From assembly GCA_964545575.1 (NCBI GenBank), contig CAZJFL010000001.1, positions 153,896-217,895 on the forward strand: a DNA stretch of 64,000 nt, given 5' to 3'. This document shows, one piece after another, positions 12,901 through 24,900 of the stretch. Origin of the DNA: an uncultured Planctomycetales bacterium (GTDB lineage Bacteria; Omnitrophota; Gorgyraeia; Gygaellales; Profunditerraquicolaceae). How positions within the stretch are numbered: the first letter of the stretch is position 1; each line of letters opens with the position of its first letter. Under the pieces are notes generated by a model. The model had not been told where the DNA came from, did not search any database, and was given only the letters and a program-made list of their open reading frames with translations. The translations under genes and the position numbers were made by a program.

Positions 12901-15900
12901 CTTTATTTGTACTTCCCGAATAAACTTTTTCACAAGTTTATCTCGTTTAAAAATTTCCGGATCCAAGGTTAACCTTACTAACATCCCCTTAACCAGGGCA
13001 GGGTTAAATTTAAGACTCTGGAAAAATTGAAGATCAGACCAGTCAAGACGCGCGCTTACCGTTCCGCAGATATTGAGAGAAATGCCCGCCCTCCCCATCG
13101 CCTCTGCAAGAGCCTCTAAATTAATCCTTCTCGCATCTTGCTCTTCCGGTTCCGGCGCCTGCTCCGGCAGAAGCAGCTCAGGAACCAATCTCTCCAGCCT
13201 GGCAACTAATCCTTCCAGCAATTTCCGCAAGCAGCGGTCCTGCTTTTTTAAACGCCTGATCATCTTGCGCAAATCTCTAAGCGTCTTCTGGGAATCAAGG
13301 ATTCCCGTATCGGTATCGCTGTCTCTGATGCTCTTGCCACTGCTATCCACTAATTGAAAGCCTTCTAATTCTCTAGCTTCCGGTGTTTCCTCGTCTCCCT
13401 CATCTTCTAAAACCACCGGCTCTACCTCGTCATCAACCGCATTGGCATCTTTATCATCGTCTGGCTGCTCTTCTTCGGATTCAAGCTCTACATTTAATAT
13501 TTCAGCTGCCTCTGCTACTACCCGGGATAATTCGGATAAATGCAATCCCTCTGCCCTCTGCTGAATCTCTAATAATAAAATCTCATCCGGCAACTCGAAG
13601 ACAATATTTACCGCCCCGAGAATAATATCTAAAATCGGGCGCGGGACCGGCTGCTGATTTATTTTTCTGGCCTTAGCCCAAGCCTCGTATTGGCTCCACA
13701 AAGAAGCATCCTGGCTGGTCTTTAAGGTGCTGGCCCAAAGCATAGCCATGTTTTCCTGATCAGAAGAGCCTTGCGCTTCTAAACGGCGGGCCTCTTCCAT
13801 CGCACCCAAGGCTGCCTTAAACTGCTTAAGGAATTCCGGTTGAGCAAGAATATACTCTAACAACTGCCTTAATCCTTGCGGCCCGGGCAGCGGAGTAAAA
13901 ATCACTTTGCCCTTTAGCTCCTTAGGCAACTGGTTTTCCTTTAATCTTCCGGAATAGACCGCGGTAACCTGCGGCAGGCCGAGCATCCCGAAGTCATTCG
14001 GCCCGTCGCCGGAAACAAAAACTTCTGCCAGCGGAATTTTCAGGCGTTTGGCTAAAGCGGCTACCGCATCTTTTTTATCCACCAGCGCCACATCCACGGC
14101 AACTGAGGAATAGACAATATTCAACCCTTGAAGGCCTTCTAGGCATACCTTCAGTAACTCGACAAAGCGCAACAATTTAGCGCGCAACTCTTCTTTAGTA
14201 AAGAATAACGAAGCCTCTGAATATTTTTCGTGCACCTCTAATCCCCCCGAGGTTAGAGATTTTTCCAGGCCTAAGCTGCGCGCCGTATTTTTTATCTCGC
14301 CAACTATCCGCTGCCTTAAATCATCCGGCATTTGGCGGCTTAAATCTTTATCTAAAACCAAATCTCCTTTTTGGTCAAAATGCCAGACACAGCCGCCGCC
14401 TTCGGTGAGAATATGGATTTGCCGGCGGTATTTGATTCTGGCCTTCAGGGGAATGCGGTCGCAGAATAAGGTTTTTAAACCCGGCATGCTTCCTACTAGC
14501 CCCATTGCCCGGCCGGTAAGCACGGCAAGGTGGCTTTCCTGCTCTAATGCGTTAACTAGCAGCGCCAGCATTTCCGGAGAAATCGCCTCACGAAAATCCG
14601 CCAGATTATCATCATAGTCGTGAACATAAAGCTTAAACGCTTTCTGCCCATCGGCAGGATATCCCCTGATATCTATACTTAATCCGCAAGGAACATCGCA
14701 CAGAGTAAAGAGATAATCCGGCAGATATCGCTTGATCGAATCGGCTAAGCGCTTCTTCCACAGCGAACCCTGGGCTGACCTTAAGCAGGCCAAGAAATAA
14801 TCGCGCGCCAACATTACCCATTCCAAGAGCCGCGGCAGTATCGGGCCAAAGACGCCAAGGATACTGGCGATAGTGGTGATGATAGTGGTGGTGGTTACCG
14901 CGCTTAAGCCTAAACCAAAGCCTTCTAATTCAAAGTGGCGCGTCATTCTGGCGCGTTCCCTCTCTTTGGCTTTCCTAAAAGCCGTTGTTCTAAGGTCTCC
15001 AATCGTTTCTCTGTAGCGGGCAATCCTTTCCCGCAGCCCGCCGTTATCCGCAGCTGATATCCTAATCCCGCACAATAGCCTTGCTGCCCGGTCAAAATTA
15101 GCTACTGCTTCTGCGATATCCGGTTCTACTAGAAGGTCATCGGGCTGAAGCTGCCATATCCCTGCGTTAATAGCAATATCTATTTCTGCTGTTAAGATGT
15201 GGTTATTAATCGTTGTCCTGTAAATCGCCTTTACCTGTTGGCAGGTCATTTTGGCACCATTAATCTGATGAGTGGAGAAGGCCCGGGGAGGCATGCTGTC
15301 CAATATTGCCTGTGCTTGCCTAAATTTGCCGAGGGCTGCCTCTGGATCTTTGACCAGCGCTGCTAAGCCTTCGCGAATAAGGATAATCATTTCCATTTTG
15401 CTGATGAGAATAGCTGCTTCGGCCTCGGACTTCCGTAATTCTGCCGCTATTTTTTGCAACTTAATGTAGCGGCCAAAGAATGCCGCCTTCTCAGCAGGAA
15501 TGATGGTTTCCAAAATCTCTTTGGCTTGCTGATAGCGCGCCAATTCCGCCCTTAATTCCTCCAGAGTCTTCTTGCCGTTTGCCTGCTGCGTGGGCGCTTG
15601 CTGGAGCTGTTTAGCCATTCTAAGCTTACCAAGGATAGCTTTTAATCCCTCATAATCCGCGCAGATCTCTTTTTCTATAAAATCCCGCCAACCGCTATAC
15701 ATTACCACCTTGGTCCTTGCTTCTTTAATGAAGCAATAGAACCTGCCGCGAAAAGTAAAGCCTAAATTTTGGATGCTAAGAGTCAGGTTTTTGGAAATCT
15801 CCTCTATAGCTTTACTGACTACATATTCTTTCCTTTTCCATCTATCTTTCTCTTGGGGCAGAGGTTTATATTTCAAGCCGGCTAAGCGCGCTGCCCGGCG

Positions 15901-18900
15901 CATAGCCGTCTCCCATTTTATTTTCCATTCTTTATGATTACTGGACCAGGCTTTTTGTATATCATAACGCATTTTATTATCCCTGAGATATTCCAAAACA
16001 AGGTTATTGCGGAATCCCTCGTTCTTTTTAAATTCTTCTGCTAACTGCTGGATAAATCTTTCCTTTGTCCACTTAATGTGTATGGCCTTATACCCCCTGG
16101 CTTCCAAAAGCGCGTACCAATCTGGGTAACCATAATGCTTATGATATACGAAGGCGCCCATAAGCCCAGAATAACTATCATAAATCGCATCATAATCCGT
16201 GGTTCCCAGCCTTTGTATGGTCTTATCCAATTCTGCGCAAAAATATGGCCAGGTCCACTTCGTCATTTGCGTCCTTGCGTCAGTACGTTCAATACCCGCC
16301 TCCGCTACTGCAGCATCAAAGTCCTTAAATATTTCCAGCCTTAGCAAATGCCTGTACCAATTTTCCAATCTATGGTATTTGTTTTGAATAATATACGCTG
16401 AAACATGCCCCTCTTTTCTGTAAACCTCCCTCAATTGCTTACAAAACGCCTCTTTTTCTTCCTGAATCACGCCATTAAAACCTTTCTTTATAGAATCTAT
16501 TCTTTTTCTCCGGGCAGCATCGAAACGCATCTCTGATTCTAAAAGCCGCTTTAACATATCCTCTACAAAATAGATGAATCTCCACTTATTAGCTCTGGGC
16601 TTACGGGAAGCGTCCGGGCTAATCTGGCTTATTCTACCCATATATGATTCTATACTGCTGATTTGCCTTTCTATAAGCTTGGCTTCCGGGTCGGGGCTGG
16701 TGATGCAGAGTAATACATCTTTGCGCTCAAAAATCCTCAGCCATTTACACACCACTTCTATAGAATATCCGCATGATAAAGCCGCGGCAGTTTGACGGAC
16801 GGTCAAACTGGCCTTGCCCATTCTTAAAAGTTTGGCATTAATCCTAAAGGCCTCAGCTACTTTATCCGGCTGGACGAGTCTGATAAACTCATCGCTTGAC
16901 AAAAAATCTATTTTCTGTAACGCCTTTAACTGGATATTATCTAAGTAACTGCATTTAACAAAATTACTCCATTTCAAGTCACGGAACTCTCTGGTATTAG
17001 CCGGGTTAATAAAACCGGCAAGGCTGTTTATAATCTTGTTGATCATTACGGGAGAAAGGCGCTGCCTGACAAAGGCGCTCCGGAGAATCTCTATATTTTT
17101 AGCCCGGCATTGTAATCTTTGGCGCCTATGAGGCTCTTTTCGATTAACGGAGGAAACTGCCGGCACCGGCGGGAAGGTAAATAAGACATTCGGGGAATAA
17201 GCGAAAGAAAACTTTGCCAAAAACTTTTCCGGATAAAGCAGGTAGGATAAAATTTTGTCGCGGATAAACTCAAGCGGCGGGGCTTTGTTCCAAATGCTCC
17301 AGCGCATAATCTCGTCGCGATAATTATAAGCGGTTAAATAGACAAGCATAGCCAAACCAAGGGGGCCGGCACCGGCACAAAAAACAGCGCCTGCCGATTC
17401 AGTTCTTCTTTTTCTGCGGGAGCTTCTATACCTCCAGTTAAAATGTTGCATAACCAGGCCCTTGACCTCCCTCTTTACCTTGCGGATAATCCGCAGTATC
17501 TCGACTCTGTCAATATGATGACGTTTTACCAATTTATCCATGATTACGTCTTCTTCGAAGCCGAGCAGAAAGCCCCTTAGCCAATCAAGGAAAATTTTCC
17601 GTTCCTGAACCGTAAAACCATTAGTTTTAAGTTCTCTCCTGAAGGTATCGAATATTCTGGCTAGCGCCCTGTTATAACCATAATCCCTGCCGGGCATTGT
17701 TTCTTCCAAGGTATCTTTACCGTCTTCGTCGAACCCCTCCACGCACATATCTAAAGATACAGGGTTATTCCGGAAGGCTATACCGCGACAGTAGAACGCA
17801 TCCTGAATAGCTTTTCTAATCGCCCCCTTGAGGTATTCCTCAAAACCGCCTTCTCCGGGCTTGTATTCGTCTGATGCCTTATCAATACCGGACATTAATC
17901 CCAAGTTTCCAATACCGATTAATTCCTCTTCCCTTAAACCGCGCGGATGAATGATCTCTTCAAACACCTGAATGACCAGCGGCAGATAATGACAGATAAG
18001 CAACTCTCTAAACTCTTTACCGTTACCTTTAAGCAACTCAGTAATTGCTGCGCTTAACTGTTCGTCACTCAAGCGAGGAACGGTTTTCAGTTCATGACGA
18101 TATACTTCTGCTATATTACACTCGCCCCTCCTGCGAAGTCCCACTTTCATAACAGGTTTTTTTGCGCGCTTTCGCCTAGCAGCAGAAACAGACTCAAGCC
18201 CCAATTCCCTTAAATTATCCGCCAGGTATTCTGCAGTAACTTCTCTTCCATTGCGCAACTCTTCAAAAACCAGAAGGAAAAAATGCAGCAAGCCTATTCC
18301 TTTCTGGCTTAAGTTTCGCCCACCCCCTTGCCTGATCAATAACCCTAGCTTGCTTAATTTCTCTAAATGCAGGTGGAGTGGCTTAAGGTCACCTGTTTTC
18401 CCCCGGCCTTTAAGGGGGTGGCCGTACTGTTTCAACAACTCTATGATTTCTGAATTACTCCTTCCGTTGGCAACAGCTAAAAATATAATCAGCCTTCTTG
18501 TTGATAATGTGTGTAGCACAGGAAGCTTATAGATTACGCCGCTCTCAAAGATAGCCGTAAATTCATCATCCGAAAGAAAGCTGGCCCTCTGGACAGATGT
18601 TACTCTTGCGCTTTTAAGCGCGCCGGCAATCTCTTCTTCGCGCATTGAATCAATGGCTTCCATAACTTTATTACCTCGAGCAGAAAGCGCATAATCTCTA
18701 CCCTCTTTTACCACCAGGCCCCTTTTGATAAATACCTCCAAGCTCCTGCGTATCCGCCTGCGCTCTAGAGGAGTAGTATCGACTAAAAGCGCATATTTAG
18801 CCCAAAGCTTTCTGAATCCGGCAATCAGCGGCCTCTGGTCTGCCAATGCTTTAAACAGCGCATCAAGATCAGCCGGGGAAGAGGCGCTTTTTAGTATTTT

Positions 18901-21900
18901 TTCAGAGACAAAATCCTTGATCTCCTGAGAAGCGTAACAATAGGTATCCTCTGGATTAGAGAGCAGAAAACCGTCACGCACCATCTTCTGTAGGGTGTAT
19001 CGCACAATTGCCCGCTTCATTCCTGTAGACCTGTAAATCTCAAATATATTGCGCTTGCCTTTGGCAATGGCAAGCAAAACGATAATTACCGCCAGCCTCG
19101 CGATAGTCTTCTTTTCCCGTAAAACACCCTGCTCAGCAGGAAAAAGACGCCCCAAGACTACCGCCTCTATTGTATTTAAACCGAGCCCCTTTACCGCATG
19201 CTCAAAAGTAAATTCTTCAAATTTCGGAGTATATCCTAAGCTTATCAACAAATCATTTGGCTCCTGCTTAGTATCGGCAAGGTAGCCAAGGACTTTTTCT
19301 TTTATCTGCGGGCAAAGCGTATAAACAAATCCTATTCTCGCTGCCAATCTCTCCCCTACAAGGTTCCTTAAGACCTGTTCTACTCTAATCTTATAATTAA
19401 ATAATACGCCGTATGCCCGCCAAGGACGCGTATCATATGTCATATCCAGATAATTCCATAATTCGGATGCGCTGAAATAAGCTGATGGCCCGTTGAGCGC
19501 ATATCCCTCTAATACTGCTATCAGCGGCAAGAGCAAAAACGCGTTGTGCAATAAGCCCTTCATCTTATTATCCCAGGGAAATTCTAACAGCTTCTGAAAT
19601 TGTGTTTTAAATGCCGCGTCTCTTTCGGAAATAGAAACAGGCAGTCCGAAAGATACCCTGACGTCCCTCAGGCGCCTGCCTAAAGCGCGTAATTTCTCGG
19701 GGGCAAAAGGCCTTTGCGTAGCTTCTCTTATCGTTTCATCTATAAGAGACGTCAATCTTGCCGGAAATGCCTCTTTTGTAAGCCCGGCTTTACGCAAGGC
19801 CTGAATTTTATGGATAAGCTGCGCAAACAGAGCGGATAAAATTGCATCTTCAAGCCGGCCGATAAGGGAGCGGACCTGGTAAAAAATACCTTTGCTAAAA
19901 TAACGGTTAATCTCCTCTACGGTAATGATGGAAAGGAAATCCCATAGTTGGTATAAATGCTGCGCTTCTTTACTAGAAGAAGGCCGCATTAAAAGCTTTA
20001 CCCGGGCAATAGCATCTAAGAGCATTTCCCTACTTAGCAGCCCACGTACTTTTCTGAGCGGCGTAGGATAAAAGCGCGTTATTGCCCGAGCGGTATCAGT
20101 CTCTGCAGCCTCGATCTTTATGGTTTTTCCGTTTTCAATCCAGACTCTTAGCGTAGCGCCGTAATGGCGAATGGAAACGTATATCTGGCGCTCAATCGCA
20201 ATCCTGCCCTCTCTGTTTAATTTTAGTGTGGGCCCTTGCAAAATAATAATCCGCCCGGCAAACTTCCCCCGGTGCAAGGAGAGCATTACCTTTCTCTTAT
20301 TGCTCGGGAAAGAACCGATTATCTCTTTAGTCGCGGCATCGCGCATAAGGTTTAAATCTTCTCTTTTTTCGTTATCCGCCGCCAGCCTCACCCAGAATAA
20401 TATCCCTTTCTCAAAATAAGCTTCAATATCCTGTCCCGCAAAACGCTTAAAGTTATTGAAATTCTGGTCGGCAAATTCAAAACGCCCCAGCCGCGTCAAT
20501 CCCGGCAGCCGGGTGCGCAAAATGAGCTGCTTATGCAGCCTATTAAGCTCCTCCCAGCGGGTAGCTGAAACGCCCCAGCTGGATTTGTAAAGAGATTTGC
20601 CTGCGGGAGTGAGAATCTCCGTAAAACGCCTTTGCTTAAGATAACGCGGCCTTTGCGTTTGCGACGCTGTTTCAGCTACCGAAGCTGCTGCGCAACCCAA
20701 TCCCATACCAAATAGCTTATACCACTGCTGCATAAAACCGGAAAAGAACCAGCATAAAGCCGCAAAAACGCCAAGCGCAGTAATCAGAAAGATAATTTTT
20801 TTGCCGGTAGAAAGCCGCGGCCAGAAAACCTCCAGCCCGCCTAAACCGCAGGCAAGGACGCTATCGTCATTGTATTCGCCGTCGGCGTTAAATGGCCGGA
20901 CGCTGCGGTCAACATCAAGCTGCTTATCTTCTGATGTCGCGTCATCCGGAACCGGGCGCCTTGCTGCCGTAGGCTGCGGCTGAGTTTTTTCCCTGACGCT
21001 TTCCGGATGCGGGTGCTGCTTGCCGTTTCTTAATCCTGCCAATATAAAGGCTAAATGTCTTAAGTCTTCCTTTATAGGCATAAATGTTTCATATCTTAAA
21101 CTACTCTCCTCGGCATCGGCAAGTATAGAGCAAATCTCTTTTATCACTACTGTTAATTCTTCTAACACTTCTTTCGCTAATCGGCGCCTTAAATTAGGGG
21201 CTAAAGCCTCCAGAATATTTTCTGTCCGGCTGAATAAATCTAATGCCCTGGGAAAATCCTGCCGCACTATGGCTTCGTGCGCTTCGGAAATTATCCCGCG
21301 GATTTGTTGCGTCGGAGTAAGCGCCTTTGCTTTCGACGCCTTCTGCTGTGGCGTCTTCTGCTGCGCTGCTTGTCCTCGCTGGCTTTGCTGCCTGGCTGCT
21401 TCTTGCCGGGCTGCTTCTTGCCTGGCTGCTTCTTGCCGGGCTAATTTTAGCTTGGCTGCTTCTTGAGTAGCTGCTTCTCTGGTAGCATATCTGGCTAATT
21501 GTTCCCCTGTCCTGCGGAATGCCGCCGCTGCCTGTCTTTTAACTACCATCCTAAATTTCATTTCAGCTATCTTGGCCTGCCTTTGAGTTTCCCGTTTTTG
21601 CCTTGCCTGCTCTCGCTTCTCTAATTCAAGCCTTTTCTGTTCTATTTTCTCTTGCGCTATGGCTCTTCTTGCAGCTTCTCTTTTTTGTCGTTCCTCACTG
21701 ATAATCTCTTCTGTGTCACGGATTAACTGCCCAAGGTCGATCTTAAGCTGGCGCAACTCTTCTAAAACAGCAGCCTTAATTTTCGCCAATCTCTTTTCTT
21801 CGGCTACCGGCAACTCCAGGCGTCTAAGCATAACCTGATATCTTCTTAACCGCTGCAGCGGAAAATATTGCACTGCTTCTTCCAGGTCTAATCTTGCCTG

Positions 21901-24900
21901 CCGTAACTTACGAACTACAATGTGAACAAATACCTCATCTTTCATCTCCTGTCTTACGCGTAATCTCTTGGCTTGCCGCTCTGCGCCAAGCGCAATCAGC
22001 TTATTACGCAATTGTGCCACTAAGGCGTCTGCCCTAGCTAAAACCCGCGGCGACTCCTCTTTGTCTAACAAGCGTCTCAACCGCCCAAGATAATAATCGC
22101 AACGGGCGATTTGTAAATGTGGCGATATTGCTTCCATGCCTTCTAGGCGCCCGGGCAATTCTCGAATTAAAGTTTCCAAAGTCTGGCGAGGGCGAGAGGC
22201 GGCCCTGATCACTAAGCCCAAGGCAGTCAAATCTTCCCGCGCAGGAGCACTCTTATTATTTTGTAAAAATCCGAGTAATCTTAAACCTGCTTCAGTCGCC
22301 TCCGAAAGATGTTTTCCTTTTGCCAAAATCCCGGACTTCCTTAGTCCCATAAAATCATTGCGCACCGCTTGCGCCGAAGGCAATCCCAATTCTTCCTTTA
22401 TCTCTTGCGCGCTTAAACCGGCTAAAAAGTAAACGTATACCTGCATTCTTTTCTGTCCTTTTAACTTCTTCACCAGCGCTCTGGCTTGCTCCAGAGTAAT
22501 CACTTTTTTCCGGTATTTTGCGCCCCATTTAGTTACTCTTTTTCCCTTAATCAATTTTAATCTTCCGGCAGCAGCGGTATCAAACTGCCCTGCTTCTATT
22601 AAGCTGACTAATTCTTGGCCTTTGGCAGTTAACTGCCTTGCTGCGTCAATTAAGCGTAATTCCTGAAGTTTAGCCAGCATATTCTGGAGGCTTCCGTAAC
22701 TTATCTTTAGGCTCTGGGATAATTCCCTTCTCTCCCTGAGGCCAAAATTAATCCCCAAAAGCACTTTCATCCAGCTGGGTAAAACTTTAAGTTGTTTTCT
22801 TAATGCTTCGGGTAAAGCCATATATTTTTTCCATAGCCCCTCCAGTTGCGCCGGGACCGGCCGGATATCTTGCAGCCGGGGATCAGGGTTTTTAAATTCA
22901 AGCTCCAAGGCATACGCAGTTACCCTACCGCTCAATACTCCCGCTACCAACGCCTCTCCTTTCCCGCTCAGATGAAAAGGCGAAGGGCCTTGCTGAATAT
23001 AACCCCAGCCCGGTTCATTGCGCCTCTGGCGGTAAATAAATGCCTCGACATCATTCGGCTTCATCCCGGTCAGGCGGCTGATGCTAAAGGTAGTATTTTT
23101 TAAGCGATAAGGAAGCCTTCCGGAAACAAAAAGCGCCAAGAGAATAGTAAAGTGCTTTATTTTGACCGCATTTTTAGCGCTCAATTTCGCAAATACCTGT
23201 TGATAGCGCGCCAATTCACCACTTGTCAATATTTTTTCAAGCAGCAGGCCGCGTTTTACATTTTTCCAGTTAAATTCTTTAAAGTGCGGCAGGCCGTTCA
23301 GCTTAGCGCCCACGAGATCCTGCGGGTACGGCGTGGTACGCATGACCATAGCTGCCGCCAGAGTCAATAAGTGGTGTTCTCCGAGTGGCTGAACTAAAAA
23401 TTGCATTATTCCGCCGTGGGCGATAAATTCATAGGCGCTGCGCGCTAACTCTTGGCCTTGCGGATTATAGCAGATATAATAAACCGATAAAATTACTCCT
23501 ATAACTAGCAGCCCCAAATCAAATAATTGCACGCTGCCTCTTGCCTGTCCGGGGGTATCTTTATCCGGCGCAGGAGCGGATGTTTCTTTCTGAAATAAAA
23601 GCAGATATTTCCTAATAGTCCTTGGGGCGATATCGACGTTCGACTTTCCCGCCATTCTTATTGACCATTTTTCTCTAAATAAACCGGCTATCATAGACGG
23701 TACTAATTGGGCGGCGCTACAGCCCTGCTCACGGCATATCTCTTGAATTATATCCCTGGCCTGTAAATAGCCGTATCCCGTGCCAGGAACCAACAGCGAA
23801 AGAGGATAAACTTTACCCTTATACATTATTTCCTTTATTCCTTTTAAGAGCTTAATTACCGTGGTGTAATTAAAACCTATGGCCTCTGCGATATCGCGCA
23901 TATAAAGCGGGCAAAGCGAAACCATATTGCCATTTTCCAAATACTCCTTTTGCTTTTCAATGATTGTGTTTATCGCCAACAGTATAGATGCGCCGGGCAA
24001 TGGCTGCACAGGTAATCCATTCTGCATTTTCTCTAAAGCGCCTATTATGCCGCTATACGGAGCGCCCATCTTAAGATTTATAAAACCTAAGCGCCTGATT
24101 TGTCCTTCCTCGCTGATAAAATCTACAGAAGCTCTTTGCTTATATTTATCCCATAAGGCAAATAGTTTATTTCCTACCATCACCGCCTCTTCCTTTACAG
24201 CTGCCCGCATGCGCCAGAGATTGATCCTTCCGGTAAGTTTATGAGTAATGATTTTAGCGACCGCCTCTTCTATCTTTTTATCCAACGCTTTTGCAAAATC
24301 ACAGAAAGAACCATCAAGGTTCCAATTGTCAACCAGGGCGCCTATTTCATTAAGAACGGCTTTTAAAATATCTTCTGCCAGTTTATTGATTTCTTCATAA
24401 GCATAGAATATCTTCAAGGCGCTTACGGACCATTCAAAAGTATCAGCCATATCTTTGGCTAACCTATATTCATTCGATTCTGTAATGCGGCCCTGGTGGG
24501 CTTTGAAGTTATCGGATTTTTTTACCTCCTCAGGCGTGGGATGGTCAAACCCCTCCACATAGGTAAAGGCATTGGCAAACTTAGCCCGGAAATTATGCTC
24601 CAGCCAATCTAAATAAACCTCGGTCTTCTTCTCCTTTGCGCAAATAGCAAATTCTAATCTTGTAGCTAACTGGTGGTCGCCAAAAAGCTCTTCCCCTTTT
24701 TCATGTAGCGCAACATATCCTATAAACTCATCAGGAAACAAATCTCCGTCTACCAATAGAAAATAGCGTCCGTCAATAAAAATAGCCAGGCCCCCTAATT
24801 CTTTCCAGAAGAGCTCGAATGAAGGCTCGTCTTGATAATCCTTCTTTTTAATTACGCTATACTCAAAATCTAAACCGTGTCTCTGATAACGCCTCAGCCC

